This document shows positions 34,997 to 48,927 of a stretch of DNA of 64,000 nucleotides, one piece after another. The notes beneath the pieces were generated by a model that saw only the letters and a program-made list of their open reading frames with translations, did not search any database and was not told the DNA's origin. This stretch comes from Octopus bimaculoides (taxonomy: Eukaryota), in assembly GCF_001194135.2 (NCBI RefSeq), contig NC_068987.1, forward strand, positions 32,157,309 to 32,221,308, written 5' to 3'. Each line of letters begins with the position of its first letter. Positions within the stretch are counted from its first letter, which is position 1. Made by a program: the position numbers and the translations under genes.

Positions 34997-36898
34997 CAAC
35001 CTATTTTTTATTCTTCTCCAATACATTTTCATTATCATAATAAACTGTGAAGATACATAAGAACTTTCGTTATATGAAAAGTAAAATAGGCTCGCACATT
35101 CATGAAGCCTGCTAATTAAAATTATACCTTTCATGAGAACAAATCATTAACTGTTTCCCTGTCCAAAGCATTTTGTCCAAAACGTACATGTTTATATGTC
35201 CTTTGTATCACATGTGATAGACGGGCGGAGAAGACAATACTGAAATTTTATCTAAGTATAAAATATTCACTAAGTCATTTACGAGGTGTAGTATAACAGC
35301 AGCTACACGAAATAGCTACATGTTCCCTCAGATACTATGTGTATTCTGTATTTAACTAGAAAACGCACCCGTCCTCTGAACGGTTTAAGTTGCTTTGATG
35401 GTATTTTTTTCACCAAATAATTGAACTACCGAGAAGGTTTATGAGTAGCACGGCAATCTATGTTTCCAATTACTCTAGGAACGGAAAATGAAATTGAAGG
35501 CTGGTTATTGTGGAGGTCGTTGCACTTTAATGATCATAGAACATGTAAGTTTGCAAGTGATGCTAAGTAGAGCTACTGAAGTGTTTTGGGAGTAGATTAC
35601 GGGCAATGACTACAAAATATAGTTGTTTTACATGAAGGAAAAATTTCATGTCAGAAACAGCCACTTAAATGGTGTAATTAAATTGAAGGGAGACGTTGAA
35701 ACTTCTCCTCTGTGAGTTAATTTTTTTCAACAGCAAAGGGAGCTATTTTTTCGGAGAGATAGGCTAACAAAAGCCCCTTTATTCTGTCTTCCCACATAGC
35801 CTGCGCATAAAGTAACAGCGAATGCTGCATTAAGTTAAATTAGCATGGAGCTTTCTGAAAGATACGCATAGCTTTCGCTAGTCGAAGCAAAACTCTTATT
35901 TAAAGGTTGATTCTCTGGGACGAATCATATGTGATTGTTTAAAAAAAGGTTAGAACAACAATGCTAAAACGTATTTGAAATGATGGACAACAGTCGAAAT
36001 ATTATAAAGGATGGGTAAATAAGCACCCTTAAAGTAAAACAACGCATTGGTAGGTAAACAAAGGTATCAACAAATAGAAGAGAGGAAGGGGAACGTCACC
36101 TTTCAAGTAACTCAGAATAGGTAAAGGTAAGCTTGCCGAAATTTTATACAGTTTAAATATGGAGATTAAGATTGTTTGGTATTGGATATTCATCGCGAAC
36201 AGTGTTCCTAGTCAATTTAATCACCGTGGCAGGTGGACAGTCGAAATAAATAGACAAAATCATTTCACATCATGTGTGTGCACATCACCACCCTAAACAT
36301 TGTTACCCTCTGTCTAAAGAAGAAATCATATTTATAAGTAGCTTTTTATTACCAAACAGAGGTAATAATTACATATATAACACGTATGTATAGGATACAA
36401 GAGGTCACAGGATGTGTGACGAAAGAACTTTGATAAAGAAACAAAAATAATGATAATGGTTTCAAATTTTGCCACAAGGGCAGCTTTTGGGTCGAGGGAA
36501 TGAGTCGATTATATCGACTTCAGTATTCAACTGGTACTTAATTTATCGGCCCCGAAAGGATGAAAGACAAAGTCGACCCCGGCGGAATTTGAATTCAGAA
36601 CGTAGCGACGGGCGAAATACCGCTAACGATTCTGCCAGAACAATAACAAAACTGAAGTGAAGACTAAATATATAGTGCGTGTATTTAATTGACAAAATTG
36701 ACCATCCCCAAGTATAACTATATGAAATTCTGATTTTCTCCTATAAATGCTTTACTGTAGGTAAGTATTGGTTGAAAAGCATTCCTGAGAAAAGACATTT
36801 CTAGATATCTTCATGATGATGATGATGATGATGATGATAATGATAATAATAATAATAATGATAATAATAATAATAATAAATAATAAATAATAATAACA

Positions 36899-38100
36899 AC
36901 GAAAGCTGAATGCCAGAAACATAATTTCGGCAATAAACTCGCGCGCAGTAGTTCGGTATGGCGCTAGAATTCTGAAGTGGACAGAGGAGGAGCTAAAAGA
37001 GATGGACAGGAAGTCAAGAAAGTTCCTAACGAAGCATAAAGCCCATCATCCATGTACAGACACTGATCGCCTATACATGAAGAGAGCAAATAAAGGAAGG
37101 AGACTGATAAGTGTGGAAGACTGCGTGCGTATCGAACTCGAGAGCTTAATGAGATACCTAGCCCAAAGTAAAGAAACCTTGCTAGTGACAGTTAGGAACG
37201 AGGGAGTATTGAAAACAGAAAAAAGGGAAAACAAAGGAAGAAGTACAAAAAGGACATGAAGAAGAATTACGCAAGAAGGGACTACACAATCAATTTCATG
37301 TAGCCACAAAAGAAGTTGCTGGAAGATGTAGGTGGCATTGGCTGATGAACGGAACTCTAAAAAAAGAGACCGAGAGCATTATACTGGCAACGCAGGACCA
37401 AGTTTCGGTCAACCTTAGGAAAGAGCAAGTCTCTGCTGTGTCGCATCTGCAATAGAGTGGATGAAACCATTGCCCATATCACGAACGAATAATCTAGACT
37501 TTCCTAAACCACTACAAGTTGTGGCGACGCGACCAGGTAGCGAAAATGCTACATTGGAAACTGTGTAAAAAGTGGGGTTAGAGAGAGACAAGACGTGGTA
37601 TGAGCACAAACTACAGATAGTGGCGGAGTCGGAGATTGGCAAAATCCTCTGGGATTTCCCAATCCAAATAGATCAGGTGCAAGAGCATGACTAACCGGAC
37701 CTAGTGGTGGTGGACAAGGTGCACCACATATACTATGTAGTTGATATAACATGCGCCTTTGGCACACGAATAGCCAAGAAGGAAGACGAAAAGATAGATA
37801 CAACCCTCTTAAGTACGATATAGCCCGACTATTGAAAATGAAGAAGGTAAAGATAGTTCCAATTATTGTTGGGTCTTTGGGAACAGTATCAGAAGGCATC
37901 AAGAGGAATATAAAGGAAATTGGAATAGAGTGCCCAGTAGAACTGTTACAAAAGATTTTCCTCCTTGGCACGGATAGAATAATCAGGAAAGTATTAGCTG
38001 AAAAGAACGAATTGCATGGTACCATAGGATGCAGGTAGTAAGCCCTCTACGCATGCAAGACTCCAGGAGCTCCAACGAAACCTATGATAAAGAGAAAATA
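36899..38100 (+). mobile_element. R4/Dong-like RLE non-LTR retrotransposon, 5'-truncated
   Basis: MDRKSRKFL..HHP..DTDRLY..R..GRRLISVEDC, CRIC..DETIAH, LWDFPIQ, PDLVVVD, KIVPIIVGSLG; (TAA)n/(GAT)n upstream and (AAC)n(TAA)n downstream. Confidence 0.9.
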
Positions 38101-38126
38101 TCAACAACAACAACAACAACAACAAC

Positions 38127-38161
<35 letters not shown>

Positions 38162-38180
38162 CATAATAATAATAATAATA

Positions 38181-38722
38181 ATGCCCTGATACAGTACCAG
38201 GCACTGGCTCTCATGGCTTCTGATCTTAATTGATTGGAAGTGTTATCATGTACATATTTTGTCTTGGGCTACAACAAATATTTTCCTCAATGCCACAGAT
38301 TTGCTTGTCAGTTGTTTGACCTTAACCAGTTGAGCATGTCTCTTGTTAGCTGACGATATGTGCATCTCTGATCACGAGTAGAGGTAGTGGAGGAGCATCA
38401 TAGCCATGTATTGAAAGTAATTTTAGGGGCTTGAATAATTTACTTCTAGAAACAGGGGTGTTTCGTTCATCATCTTTAAACAAACCTTATGCAGGAACCT
38501 TTTGAGCAGGATGGGTTTCTCGACCTAAAGAAAACTCTAACTGGGCCCCGCCTGCAAGGGTATGCACTGTTTATCTTGATCTGACATCACTGTATCGCGC
38601 ACATATGGTTGTGATGCATGTGTCTCGTGTACCCTTATCAGACGAGTAGTCATGATGGATATACTGGGCTTCGTATGTTTTACCCCAGTGTCACTTTGAT
38701 GGCTTGCACTACTCTCTCATTC
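38181..38722. mobile_element. ~540-bp non-coding repeat bounded by (TAA)n on both sides
   Basis: No ORF; (TAA)n at both ends; resembles a recurrent Octopus interspersed repeat (from memory). Confidence 0.6.
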
Positions 38723-39078
38723 AATAATAATAATTAAGAACCACCACCACCACCACCACCATCACCACCATCACCACCACTACTACCACCAGGTACTATA
38801 TTTAACCAATCACTGAAGAACAGAATACAAAGTTGACCCCACAGCGGAACTCCGTCTCCGAACGCAGGAACCGGAATAAGCACCGAAAATCACGTGCCGA
38901 ATACTCTAAATTATTCTGTCGAGCATTAGTGCTCGATATATAGTGTGTTTGAACAAAAAGGCGAGATAGTTATTGTTGCAACATGTTTGAAAGCCTGTAT
39001 ACTCAATAGAACAATCATCATCATCATCATCATCATCATCAACATCAACATCATCAGCAGCAGTAGCACCACCACCAC

Positions 39079-39112
<34 letters not shown>

Positions 39113-40584
39113 ACATGCATGAAACAGAATAGCATACGCGCGCACACACACACACACACATACACACACGCACAAAGAGCCAATCACATCCAGTTGTTAC
39201 CCTTGGAAGTCACGTGTTCCGATTATTTGATGATCGGTAGGTTGGTTGGGTTGGCGGGTTAGTCGGTCGGTTAGTAAGACCTTTTTAGGGAATCTCAGCA
39301 ATATGTCGTTTGTTCATAAAATCATCGTAGAATCATCCATTAAATGTTTTAATCCTCTTTGATTTCTGGCAGTTTGGCAGCAACCTTCTTTGGCACAAAA
39401 CACTCTTTAACTCAAGCACATTCTTCAACATATTTCACGTTCTTCTTGATGTTGTTGTTGCTGTTGCCGATGCTGTAGTCGTTGCTTTTGTATTGTCAAG
39501 GTTTTGATTTTCTTTGTTTTCATCCGTTACAGATAAAATGTTTTATTAAGCTATTGCTTTCTAAAAGAGTGAGAATGTGTTTGTGTAATGTTTACGAGAG
39601 TGCCACTGTGGTAGATGTGGGTGTGTGCGACAATATGAGCTTGTATACGTGTCTATATCAATGTTTCAAGGTATGCATCTGTGTGTGTATATGTATGTAT
39701 GTGTGTGTGTGTGTGTAAAGGTTTACATTGAATGAGAACATATTTAGATGTCAGTGTGCCTTTGAGAGAAGTATGTAAATTTTCGTCTTCCAATATTTCT
39801 GTTAGCATTTAAATTTTATTACAAATATTCTGTGTATTTACGAGTATATATTTACGTTAAAAATCTATATATGTATACATATGTATATAAGTGATAAATA
39901 TGAGTAGTGTATATATATATTCATTCAAACGTTCCTATATATATATATTATATGTGCTCACATACATACACATACATACACACACACGTTCTATACATAC
40001 ATATATACATAGTACTTACATACTACATGCATATATATGCATATATCCACACACATCTACACATACACACATTCATGTTCCTATACACACATATTATGTA
40101 TACATGCATACATATATACATACATATGTATATGCATATATACATTCATACATACATATATATATGAAACATGATATATATATATATATATANNNNNNNN
40201 NNNNNNNNNNNNNNNNNNNNNNNNNNNNNNNNNNNNNNNNNNNNNNNNNNNNNNNNNNNNNNNNNNNNNNNNNNNNNNNNNNNNNNNNNNNNNNNNNNNN
40301 NNNNNNNNNNNNNNNNNNNNNNNNNNNNNNNNNNNNNNNNNNNNNNNNNNNNNNNNNNNNNNNNNNNNNNNNNNNNNNNNNNNNNNNNNNNNNNNNNNNN
40401 NNNNNNNNNNNNNNNNNNNNNNNNNNNNNNNNNNNNNNNNNNNNNNNNNNNNNNNNNNNNNNNNNNNNNNNNNNNNNNNNNNNNNNNNNNNNNNNNNNNN
40501 NNNNNNNNNNNNNNNNNNNNNNNNNNNNNNNNNNNNNNNNNNNNNNNNNNNNNNNNNNNNNNNNNNNNNNNNNNNNNNNNNNNN

Positions 40585-40619
<35 letters not shown>

Positions 40620-40776
40620 GTAGTTATTACGAGGGCGAAAAGAAAAAAAAAGTGCAATAATGGAATAAGACGGTTTGAGTGATTCTCTAACGGCAGTGTG
40701 TGTGTATGTGTATATGTATGTGTGTGTGTGTGTGGACGTGGCACCTTTTCAAACACGTGCGCACACAATCATATAT

Positions 40777-41585
40777 CTCTTATCTTTTATTAGTTTCAGT
40801 CATTGGACCGTGGCCATGTTGGGGTACCGCCTTGAAGGGTTTAGTCGAACAGATCAACTACAGCTCTCATTTTTTTAAAAGTCTAGTGCACATTCTGCCG
40901 ATCTCTTTTGCCGAACCGCTAACGTTACGAGGATGTAAACAAATCAACATCGGTTATCAAGCGGTATATATACGACGGGTTACTTTCACTTTCTGTCTAC
41001 CAAAATCCATTCACAATGCTTTGGTTGGGCCGGGGCTACTGTAGAAAACGGATCCTTTCTGTTTGGTTGCACCTGTGGAAATTTCAAAGTTTAGTGAAAA
41101 TTTTAAAATTTGGTGTATTGATGTAATTTTCCATGCTGAATCTCAGGAAATAATTCACTTTTTCCAGAAAAAAAAAGTTATTGAGGCTTAAAGTTTGATC
41201 ATTTTTACCCAATCAAAAGAAACAGGATTTGGAAGCTGTCATTTTGTGCGTAACTGCATGAGTTGTCAATATTCTGAAAATAGCACTATGAATGTTTTTG
41301 TGGCTTATGATTGGTTAAAATTACTCCAAATTTGCAAAATTAAAAAGATATTAACTTTTTATTTATCGATTTATAGCGAAAATAAATTTCATGTCAATGA
41401 TTAGCATACCAGACTACATAATTACACCAAATATGAAATCAATTGGAACAGAAATTGAAGAAATTGAAAAGTGGTAGCCTAACAGAAAAGATCCGTTGAA
41501 GACATTTGCCCAAAGTACTACCTAGTAGAACTGAAACCAGAACTATGTGGTTGGGAAGGACACTTCTTACCACCTAACCACGCCT
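40777..41585 (-). mobile_element. SINE family A interrupted by MITE
   Basis: Family A sequence resumes exactly after the MITE TSD. Confidence 0.85.
41050..41494 (+). mobile_element. 445-bp MITE with GGATCYTTTCTGTT TIRs and 9-bp TSD (Merlin- or Mutator-like)
   Basis: GGATCCTTTCTGTT / AACAGAAAAGATCC; flanks GTAGAAAAC and GTTGAAGAC both derive from the single GTAGAAGAC of the interrupted SINE. Confidence 0.85.
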
Positions 41586-41604
41586 AATTATGGAATTATA
41601 ACAA

Positions 41605-42225
41605 ATTCTAACATAGGCACAAGACCACAAATTTCGGTGGGTCGGGAAGAATTAACTGATTAAACTGATACCAGTACTTGGACTAACATTTCATTTTTTG
41701 AACCCCAGAAGAACAAAAGGTAAACAATCTTAGCGGTATTTGAACTCAGTTCTGGAACAAATATCACAAAGCTCTGGCGTTTCTGTAATAAACCGCACTT
41801 ATACTTTTAAATAATGATGATAATAATTCTTTCTTTCTACTATAGGCACAAGACCTGAAATTTTGGAACACCCCAGTACTCACCCGGTACTTATTTTTTT
41901 CGACTTTGATAGGATAAAGGCAAAGTCGATCTCGGTAGCATTTGAACTAAAAATTTAAAGCCGGGAGAACTGCTGCAAAGCATTTTGTCTGGCTTGCCAA
42001 CAATTCTGCAAGCTCACCGTCTTAACAATCCTTTCTACTAAAGGCATAAGGCCAGAAATCTTGTAGGAGGAGGCAAGTTGATTACATCGACTTAAGTGTT
42101 CAACTAATACTTATTTTATCGTCCCCCCAAAAATGAACAGCAAAGTCGACTTCGACGTAAAGACGAAAGAAAATCGCTTAGCATTTTGTCCAACCTGCTA
42201 ACGATTCTGGAAGCTTGCCGCCTTA
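41605..42225 (-). mobile_element. three tandem degenerate SINE B copies
   Basis: Three aggcacaag...aaagtcga...tttgaactc units separated by aat repeats. Confidence 0.8.
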
Positions 42226-42594
42226 ATGACAATAAACCTTTCTAATAGTGTCACAAGCCCTGAATTTTCGAGGAATGGGAAGGGGCTGGAAGAAATACTG
42301 CAAACTAATTGTCTGTTACGACTTTAACAAAAACAACAAAAATAGCTACTCATCTTGTTTATGAATATATTTGTAAATGAAAATTATATAAAGCGTTATT
42401 AAAGAATCGTCGTAATTAAATTAAGGTGAAAGAGGCTTTGCATACTACAAACACGTATACTGTTAATGTATTTCTGAGGCAGCGACATCGTGTAACAAGA
42501 CTGGAATTACAGGTACAATTCCTCGAACAGTCTTCATATAGAAAATGCTTAATAAACATATAAAATCATATAATACCCATGGATAAGTCACATA

Positions 42595-43391
42595 AAACTT
42601 TTCTGCTTGTTTTTCAGTTTTCAATTCCTTCAATTTTGTTCCAGTTGATTTCAAATTTGGTGTATTGATGTGACTTTGTATGCTAATTATGGAAATGGAA
42701 TTCATTTTTACCTTAAATTAATAAATAAAAGTTAATAGCTTTTAAAGTTTGCAAATTTTGGGTAATTTTAGCCGATCAAAAAAACCACTGACACATAGTT
42801 GTCTGTTTCTAAAGTAACAAGCCAAGCTGTTGTGTATTCTGCTTACCCACCTGCTGCTAATACGTGTAACTTTTCATTTATGAAAACCGAAGAGGACGCA
42901 GTTGATCGAGCAGACCTTTGATCAAAAGGAGTATTCTAATCTAATACCGAACGCCCACAATTTAAGAGTTATTTAGGGCTACCATAATTTAGTATGCCCT
43001 GCCTTTTCTAGCAGTTTGATTGTTACATGAATTGAATTACAGCTTTTTTTTGTTTGTAATTAAACGTTCAGTTTCTTTTTCAGTTTTTTGTAATTTTTCG
43101 CGTTACATGCCTATCCCAACATTTCACATGACTTTATTCATTAAAACTTATTAAAATTCCATCACTGAATGTTTTGTCGTAATGTCATCATGCACAAAAT
43201 ACCAGCTTCCAAATCCTGTTTTCTGAGTGGGTAAAAATGATCAAACTTTAAATAGCTGTAAAGTATTTTTTTTTCTGGAAATGGTGAATAAGAACTCCAG
43301 TTTCAGCGTGAAAAATTACATCAATATACTAAATTTGAAAATTATTACTTAATTTCAAAATTTCAAAACGTGAAGCCGAATAGAAAAGATC
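42595..43391 (-). mobile_element. inverted, interrupted copy of the same MITE family
   Basis: 42600-42800 and 43170-43390 match the reverse complement of 41050-41494; terminal agaaaagatcc. Confidence 0.7.
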
Positions 43392-44499
43392 CTCAACAAA
43401 TGTTAATTATGAGAGGGGAGTGTGCGATTAATTTTTATGTTTCTTAATAATTATCAGTGTCATTTAACTTACCTATCAACTATTGTTGTTAAGAAGAACT
43501 GCTTCATGTAATAGACATAAAGAAACAATGATTGACGTAAAGCAATTTAAAAAAATTTCCTTTTACCTTCTGAGTTCAAGTTCCGCAATGTTCAGTTTGC
43601 TTTATACTCTTCCAAGGTCGATCAATAGTGGAGGCGCGTGACTTAGCGGTTAGGGTGTCAGTATACTTCATTTCACGTTGCTCCAGTCCACTCAGCTGGC
43701 AAAAATGAATAATGCTGTGATGGACTGGCGTCCCGTCCAGCTGGGGTACGCATACGCCATTGAAACCGAGAAACCGGGCCCATGAGTCTGGCTAGGCTTT
43801 AAAAGGGCGCATTTATTTATTTTTATTAAGGTCGATCAATACCCGTTATATACTACAGTTAATTTCATAGCGTAAATCCTTCTATCAAAATCTGTGAGGC
43901 TTTCTGTCACTATAAGAAAACATTATTTTATTTCTAAGTGGGCAAACGTATAAAGAACATGTTTAAAACACTTAAACTCTGGAGTTACAATGTTCTAATT
44001 TCACACACACACATATGCGCGCGCGTGCACTAAAGACTCCGAAGACTCTAGACATCTTTTCATAAATTCACTGATTGCTATTCTTATTAATAGAGCTACA
44101 GAACCAGTCTTCTAGGAAGTAACATCTTATCCTATATATTGACTTTCAACTACGTTTAATCTAATTTCAATTGCGTGTTGCTGTAGGTAGGGAAGAATGC
44201 TGCACCTGATTGTCTCTTGACAACAACATGCTACTGCAAATAAAGCTGCTTATTGAAACTGCTTTAATTGGTTTCCCAATTAAAAATATAACGTCTTATT
44301 TAATCTCACAGTAAAAATCGCGAAAATATACATCTACCCTTATAAAAGAGGCATAAAACGATTCACTAGGATCTATCGAGATACAAACATTCAGCCTCAA
44401 AACAGCAGACGGGTGCGCTAAATGAGTTATGGATCCACCTGATGCATAAACGTCAAATAGTCTGTTACACCTGGTATAATAGATATGGTTATAGAAAGT

Positions 44500-46145
44500 A
44501 TTCTCATAAAAGTTTCAAATTTTGATATAAGGCTAGCGATTTCGAGGAATGGGGTAAGTCGATTACATCAACCTCGCCACAATAGTTCTTGACTGGTACA
44601 TTTTTATCGACCCCGAAAGGTTAAAAGTGAAGTCAAATTCGTCGGGATTTGAACTCAAAACGTGAAGACGAATGAAATGCCGCTTATATTTGGACCGGCG
44701 TGCTAAGAGTTCTGCCAACTCGCAACCTTACTATCAATAAAAAGAATAATGGTTTCAAATTTTGGTACAAGGCTAGTAATTTCGGGGGAGGGGGTAAGTC
44801 GATTTATTGACCCCGAGGGGATAAAAGGCAAAGTCGACCTCGTTGGGTAAAAATGATCAAACTTTAAATAGCATTACGATCCGACTATCGCACACCGGGC
44901 CGCTGCAGAAGTAACGATTCCGCCACCTCACTGCCTTAGAAATTATCCCCATAATACACGATTACTCACATTTGTAATCAACCTTGTATATCAAAAGTGG
45001 TTGCCACATAACCACATACAATGATACGGTTTCAATATACGTTTGAATAGAACGATAAATTGGTAGAATCGGTAGAGTATCAGGCAAAATACCTTGTGGC
45101 GTTTAGTCACACCGTTCTATGTTCTGAGTTGAAATCTCCCCGAGATCTATAAAGTAAGTATCTATTCGGATCAATCTCAGTAACGATATCTCTTGCTCAA
45201 CGTAAACAATCTGTGTCTCCACCAGATTGTGGTACTCCTAAATTAATTTCAATGCTCTTGTACTGTTTATACTCTTATGAAAAACTAACAGAGTCATTAC
45301 AAACAATTTACTTTACCATAAACAGTTCAGTATCTTTGAATCCTTGTATTCTGTTATACTTTACCATTTTGTAACAGAAATAACTCTGGGTGTGTGGTAA
45401 GAAGTTTGCTTTCCAGCAACAAAGTTCTGGGTTCAGTTCTATTGCGTGTCTTCTACTATAGTTCCGGTTCAACCAATACCCTATGAGTGGACTTGGTAGA
45501 AAGAAACTGAAAGAATCTTGTCGTATACACACACTCACATGATAGGATTCTTGTAGTTTCTGCTTACCTAAAAGACTTAAGGAATATCACGAATTCTTTT
45601 AATTAGAGCTCCAATATGTAGATACAAGGTCAGCAGTTTTGAAGTGAGGGTATTGATCGATATCCTAGATCTCAGTAGTTGGCGGGAACTTTATTTTATC
45701 GACCTTGAAAGTAAAAAAGGCACAATTAACCTCAGTGGGCTTCGAACTCAGAGCCGATGGAAACGCCTCAAGGCACTTCTCCCGACATGCTAACGAAGCC
45801 ACCAGCTCACCGGCTTAGACCAGCGTTCTAATAACAAGTTTCTAATTTAGGCAGAAGGCCAGCGATTTCCCTCAACTGATACTTATTTCATCGACCCAGA
45901 CAGGACGAAAGATAAAGTCGATCTTGAGGTATTTGAGCTCAGAACATAGAGATCCAGAATAAATACGCAAGGCATTTATTCCGAAGTTCTACTGATCTAA
46001 CCAGTCACTGACCTCTTTTGTTTCTAACAGTGGTATAAGGCCTGGTATTTGTAAGTTTGTAATGGAGGAGGTCAGTCGATTAAATATATCTCAGTATTTG
46101 AATGGTATATTATTTTATCGAACTCAGAAGGGTGAACTGTAAGCA
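44500..46145 (-). mobile_element. cluster of degenerate SINE B copies (44500-44940, 45600-46145)
   Basis: Repeated family B motifs, mostly minus strand. Confidence 0.75.
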
Positions 46146-47124
46146 AATCAGGCGAATCCGTATGTTTTGCCTGGATCACAGGAAATGATCCACCCCATCC
46201 CACACATCTGATAGTGTTTCTTTCAGCTGTTCTTTTGAAGTACTTGGAACATTTTCAGTTTTAGGAGACATTAAGGGGGCGAACTGGTAGAGCCGTTTGT
46301 ACGCCGGACGAAATGCTTAGCAATATTTCGTCTTTCTTCACATTCTGAGTTCAAATTTCGCCGCGGTCGACTTTACCTTTCATCCTTTCGGGGGTCGATA
46401 AAATGAGTACCAGCTGAATACTGAGGTTAATGTAATTGACTTATCTCCTCCCTCGAAATAGCTGACCTTGTGCCAAAATTTGAAATCAGTTTTAAGAGAC
46501 ATTTTTCTTTGCCCGCTCCTATGTAGCCGCTGGGCAGAGAGAGACCCCCACTTTTTGAAAAGTGCCTCACCCATATTCTTTCCTTCTCAGGGAAAAGTTC
46601 CATATTCAGATATATTGTTTAAAATAATAATAGCGAAGATGCCTTTTCTTGTTTATGCAAAAATAAGCGGAAATGTTTTCGTTTGGTATAGAGTGTGTGC
46701 ATGTGATAGAGTTATTGTTGACACTTCTACTCAATATTTTCAAACTGGATATTAAAGTGTTAGTGTTCTCTTTTACGTTTATATCCAGCATTAATATTTC
46801 GCTGTGTAAACAGTAGTCTTTTTTGTTTGTTTTCCCATTGCGAAATATGTTATTTTGTTAATTTTCAATTTTCATTTTGGAAGCGTGGCTTAGAATTATT
46901 TTATCCGTTTTCCATGTATTTAGGCAACGTGAAGAAATAAAAATTTATACCAAAATAAAATTACGAACCTTATTTTCCCTCTGTGAACTCCGTACTAGTG
47001 GATTCGAAGCTTCCATAATTTATTAGTTTGTGAGTAGTTTGAATAAAAACCTGTTCCATTCAGTAAAAATCCTTTACTTAGAAGATCGATTTGAAAGCAA
47101 CGTCTGACTTAGCAGATAATAATG

Positions 47125-47749
47125 CTTTCTACTATAGGCATAAACCCCGGAATTTTGGGGGAGGGGGACTGGTATTTATTTTATCGATACCGAAAGGATG
47201 AAAGGCAAATTCGACTTCGGTGGAATTTGAACTCAGGCTACTAAGATGGACGAAATGCTTCTAGTTATTTTGTCCAGCGTGCTAACGCTTCTACCAGCTC
47301 GCCGCTTTTGACATGATGATGATAATAACAACAACAACAACAACAACAACAATAATAATAAGGATTATTATTATTACTTCAAATTTTTTTCACAAGGGGA
47401 GCTTGGGGGATGTGGGGAATAGTCGATTACATCGACACCAGTGTTCAACAGGTACCTATTTTATAGACCCCGAAAGGACGAAACGTAGAGTCGACCTCGG
47501 CGGAATTTGAACTCAGAACGTAGAGGCAGACGAAATGCCGCTAAGCATTTAGTCCGGCGTGCTAACGATTCTGCCAGCTCGCCGCCTTAATAATAATAAT
47601 AATAATGATAATAATAATAATAATAATAATAATCTTTTCTACTTTAGGCATAAGGCTCGAAATTTTTTGGGAGGGGGCCAGTCGATTAGATCGACCACAG
47701 TACGCAACTGGTACTTAATTTATCGACCTCGAAAGGATGAAAGGCAAAG
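47125..47749 (-). mobile_element. three tandem SINE B copies separated by (TAA)n/(AAC)n
   Basis: 47125-47306, 47380-47589, 47632-47749; the last is truncated at the Dong-like element. Confidence 0.9.
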
Positions 47750-48927
47750 GGAGTCCGTGGACTTTTACAACTGGAATTAACAATGAAAATCGCCACAATT
47801 GGCCTAGACACCTACCTGAAATACTCTGAGGACTGGATGTTAAAACTAGTCTCAAAACATGAAAACAAGAAAGCATCATACCCAGTAACAATACAAGCAA
47901 AGGAATATATAAGTAAATTCCAAATACAACAAACTCCAGAATTAGACGTACTAGAAACAAACACAGAAAAAGCTAAGCGTATGAAAACCCGTGCTAAAAT
48001 TGCTGCCTTAGATATTCTCAATTGCAAATACCCCCAAAGAGCTAATAATGCCGATGTTGACAAAGCCCTTACCCATCAATGGTTAATGGCTTCTGGCTTA
48101 AAATCAGAAACAGAAGATCAATGCCTACCTACAAGTAACTACCAGGCCAACATAATAAAGAACGGCAGCTGCCCAACATGTCGTGTATGTCAACAACAAA
48201 ATGAAACCATTGACCATGTTGTCTCTATGTGCAGTCTTCTTGCGCCTACAGAATATCTCAACAGGCATGTTAGAGCTGCACAATATATTCACTGGGTAAT
48301 TTGAAAAAACCTAGACCTACCCCATGATAAAAACTGGTAGGAACACAAACCACCTCCATTGCTTGAAAATGATCACATCTCACTCCTCTGGAACTTCACC
48401 ATTCAAACTGACAGAAAGATAGATGCAAGTAAGCCAGACATTATGTTGAAAGACTTCAAACAAACATCATGCCTCATTAATATGACTGTCCCAATCGATA
48501 TAAATGTAACTGTCAAGACCTACCAAAAACTGAGCAAGTATAAAAATCTTGAAATAGAAATTGCCAAAATGTGGAACCTGAAGACCTGTTGTCATAGGTG
48601 CCCTAGGAATGATAGCAAAAGGGGCTGATTGCTACGTAGCTCAGATACTAGGAAACCTTAAAATGGCAGAAATTCAAAAGATAGTGCTCACGGGAACTAC
48701 CCATATCCTGCATAAAATACTGTTTGTGTAATCTCAAATTTTAAAACAAACTCGTAGTTATCTTATATTTTCTTAAGCATTCTCTAGAACAATACTATGT
48801 GCAAAACCAAATATATGACACCCTAAGCATAACACCAACATGAACTACTAACTTGTTGTTTCTGGAGTGAGAAACACTGGGTGAGACTTGGAACCAACTT
48901 GTACAAATACAAAGCAAAGTCAAGCAT
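47750..48927 (+). mobile_element. R4/Dong-like RLE non-LTR retrotransposon, 5'-truncated (second family)
   Basis: GLKSETE, CRVCQQQNETIDHVVSMC, YLNRHVRAAQYIHW, LLWNFTIQTDRKIDASKPDIML, KLSKYKNLEIEI; ends in (TAA)n. Confidence 0.92.

Noticed and set aside
36418-36436. GAAAGAACTTTGA resembling a 28S rRNA segment
   Set aside because: About 12 nt only, with no flanking rRNA similarity.
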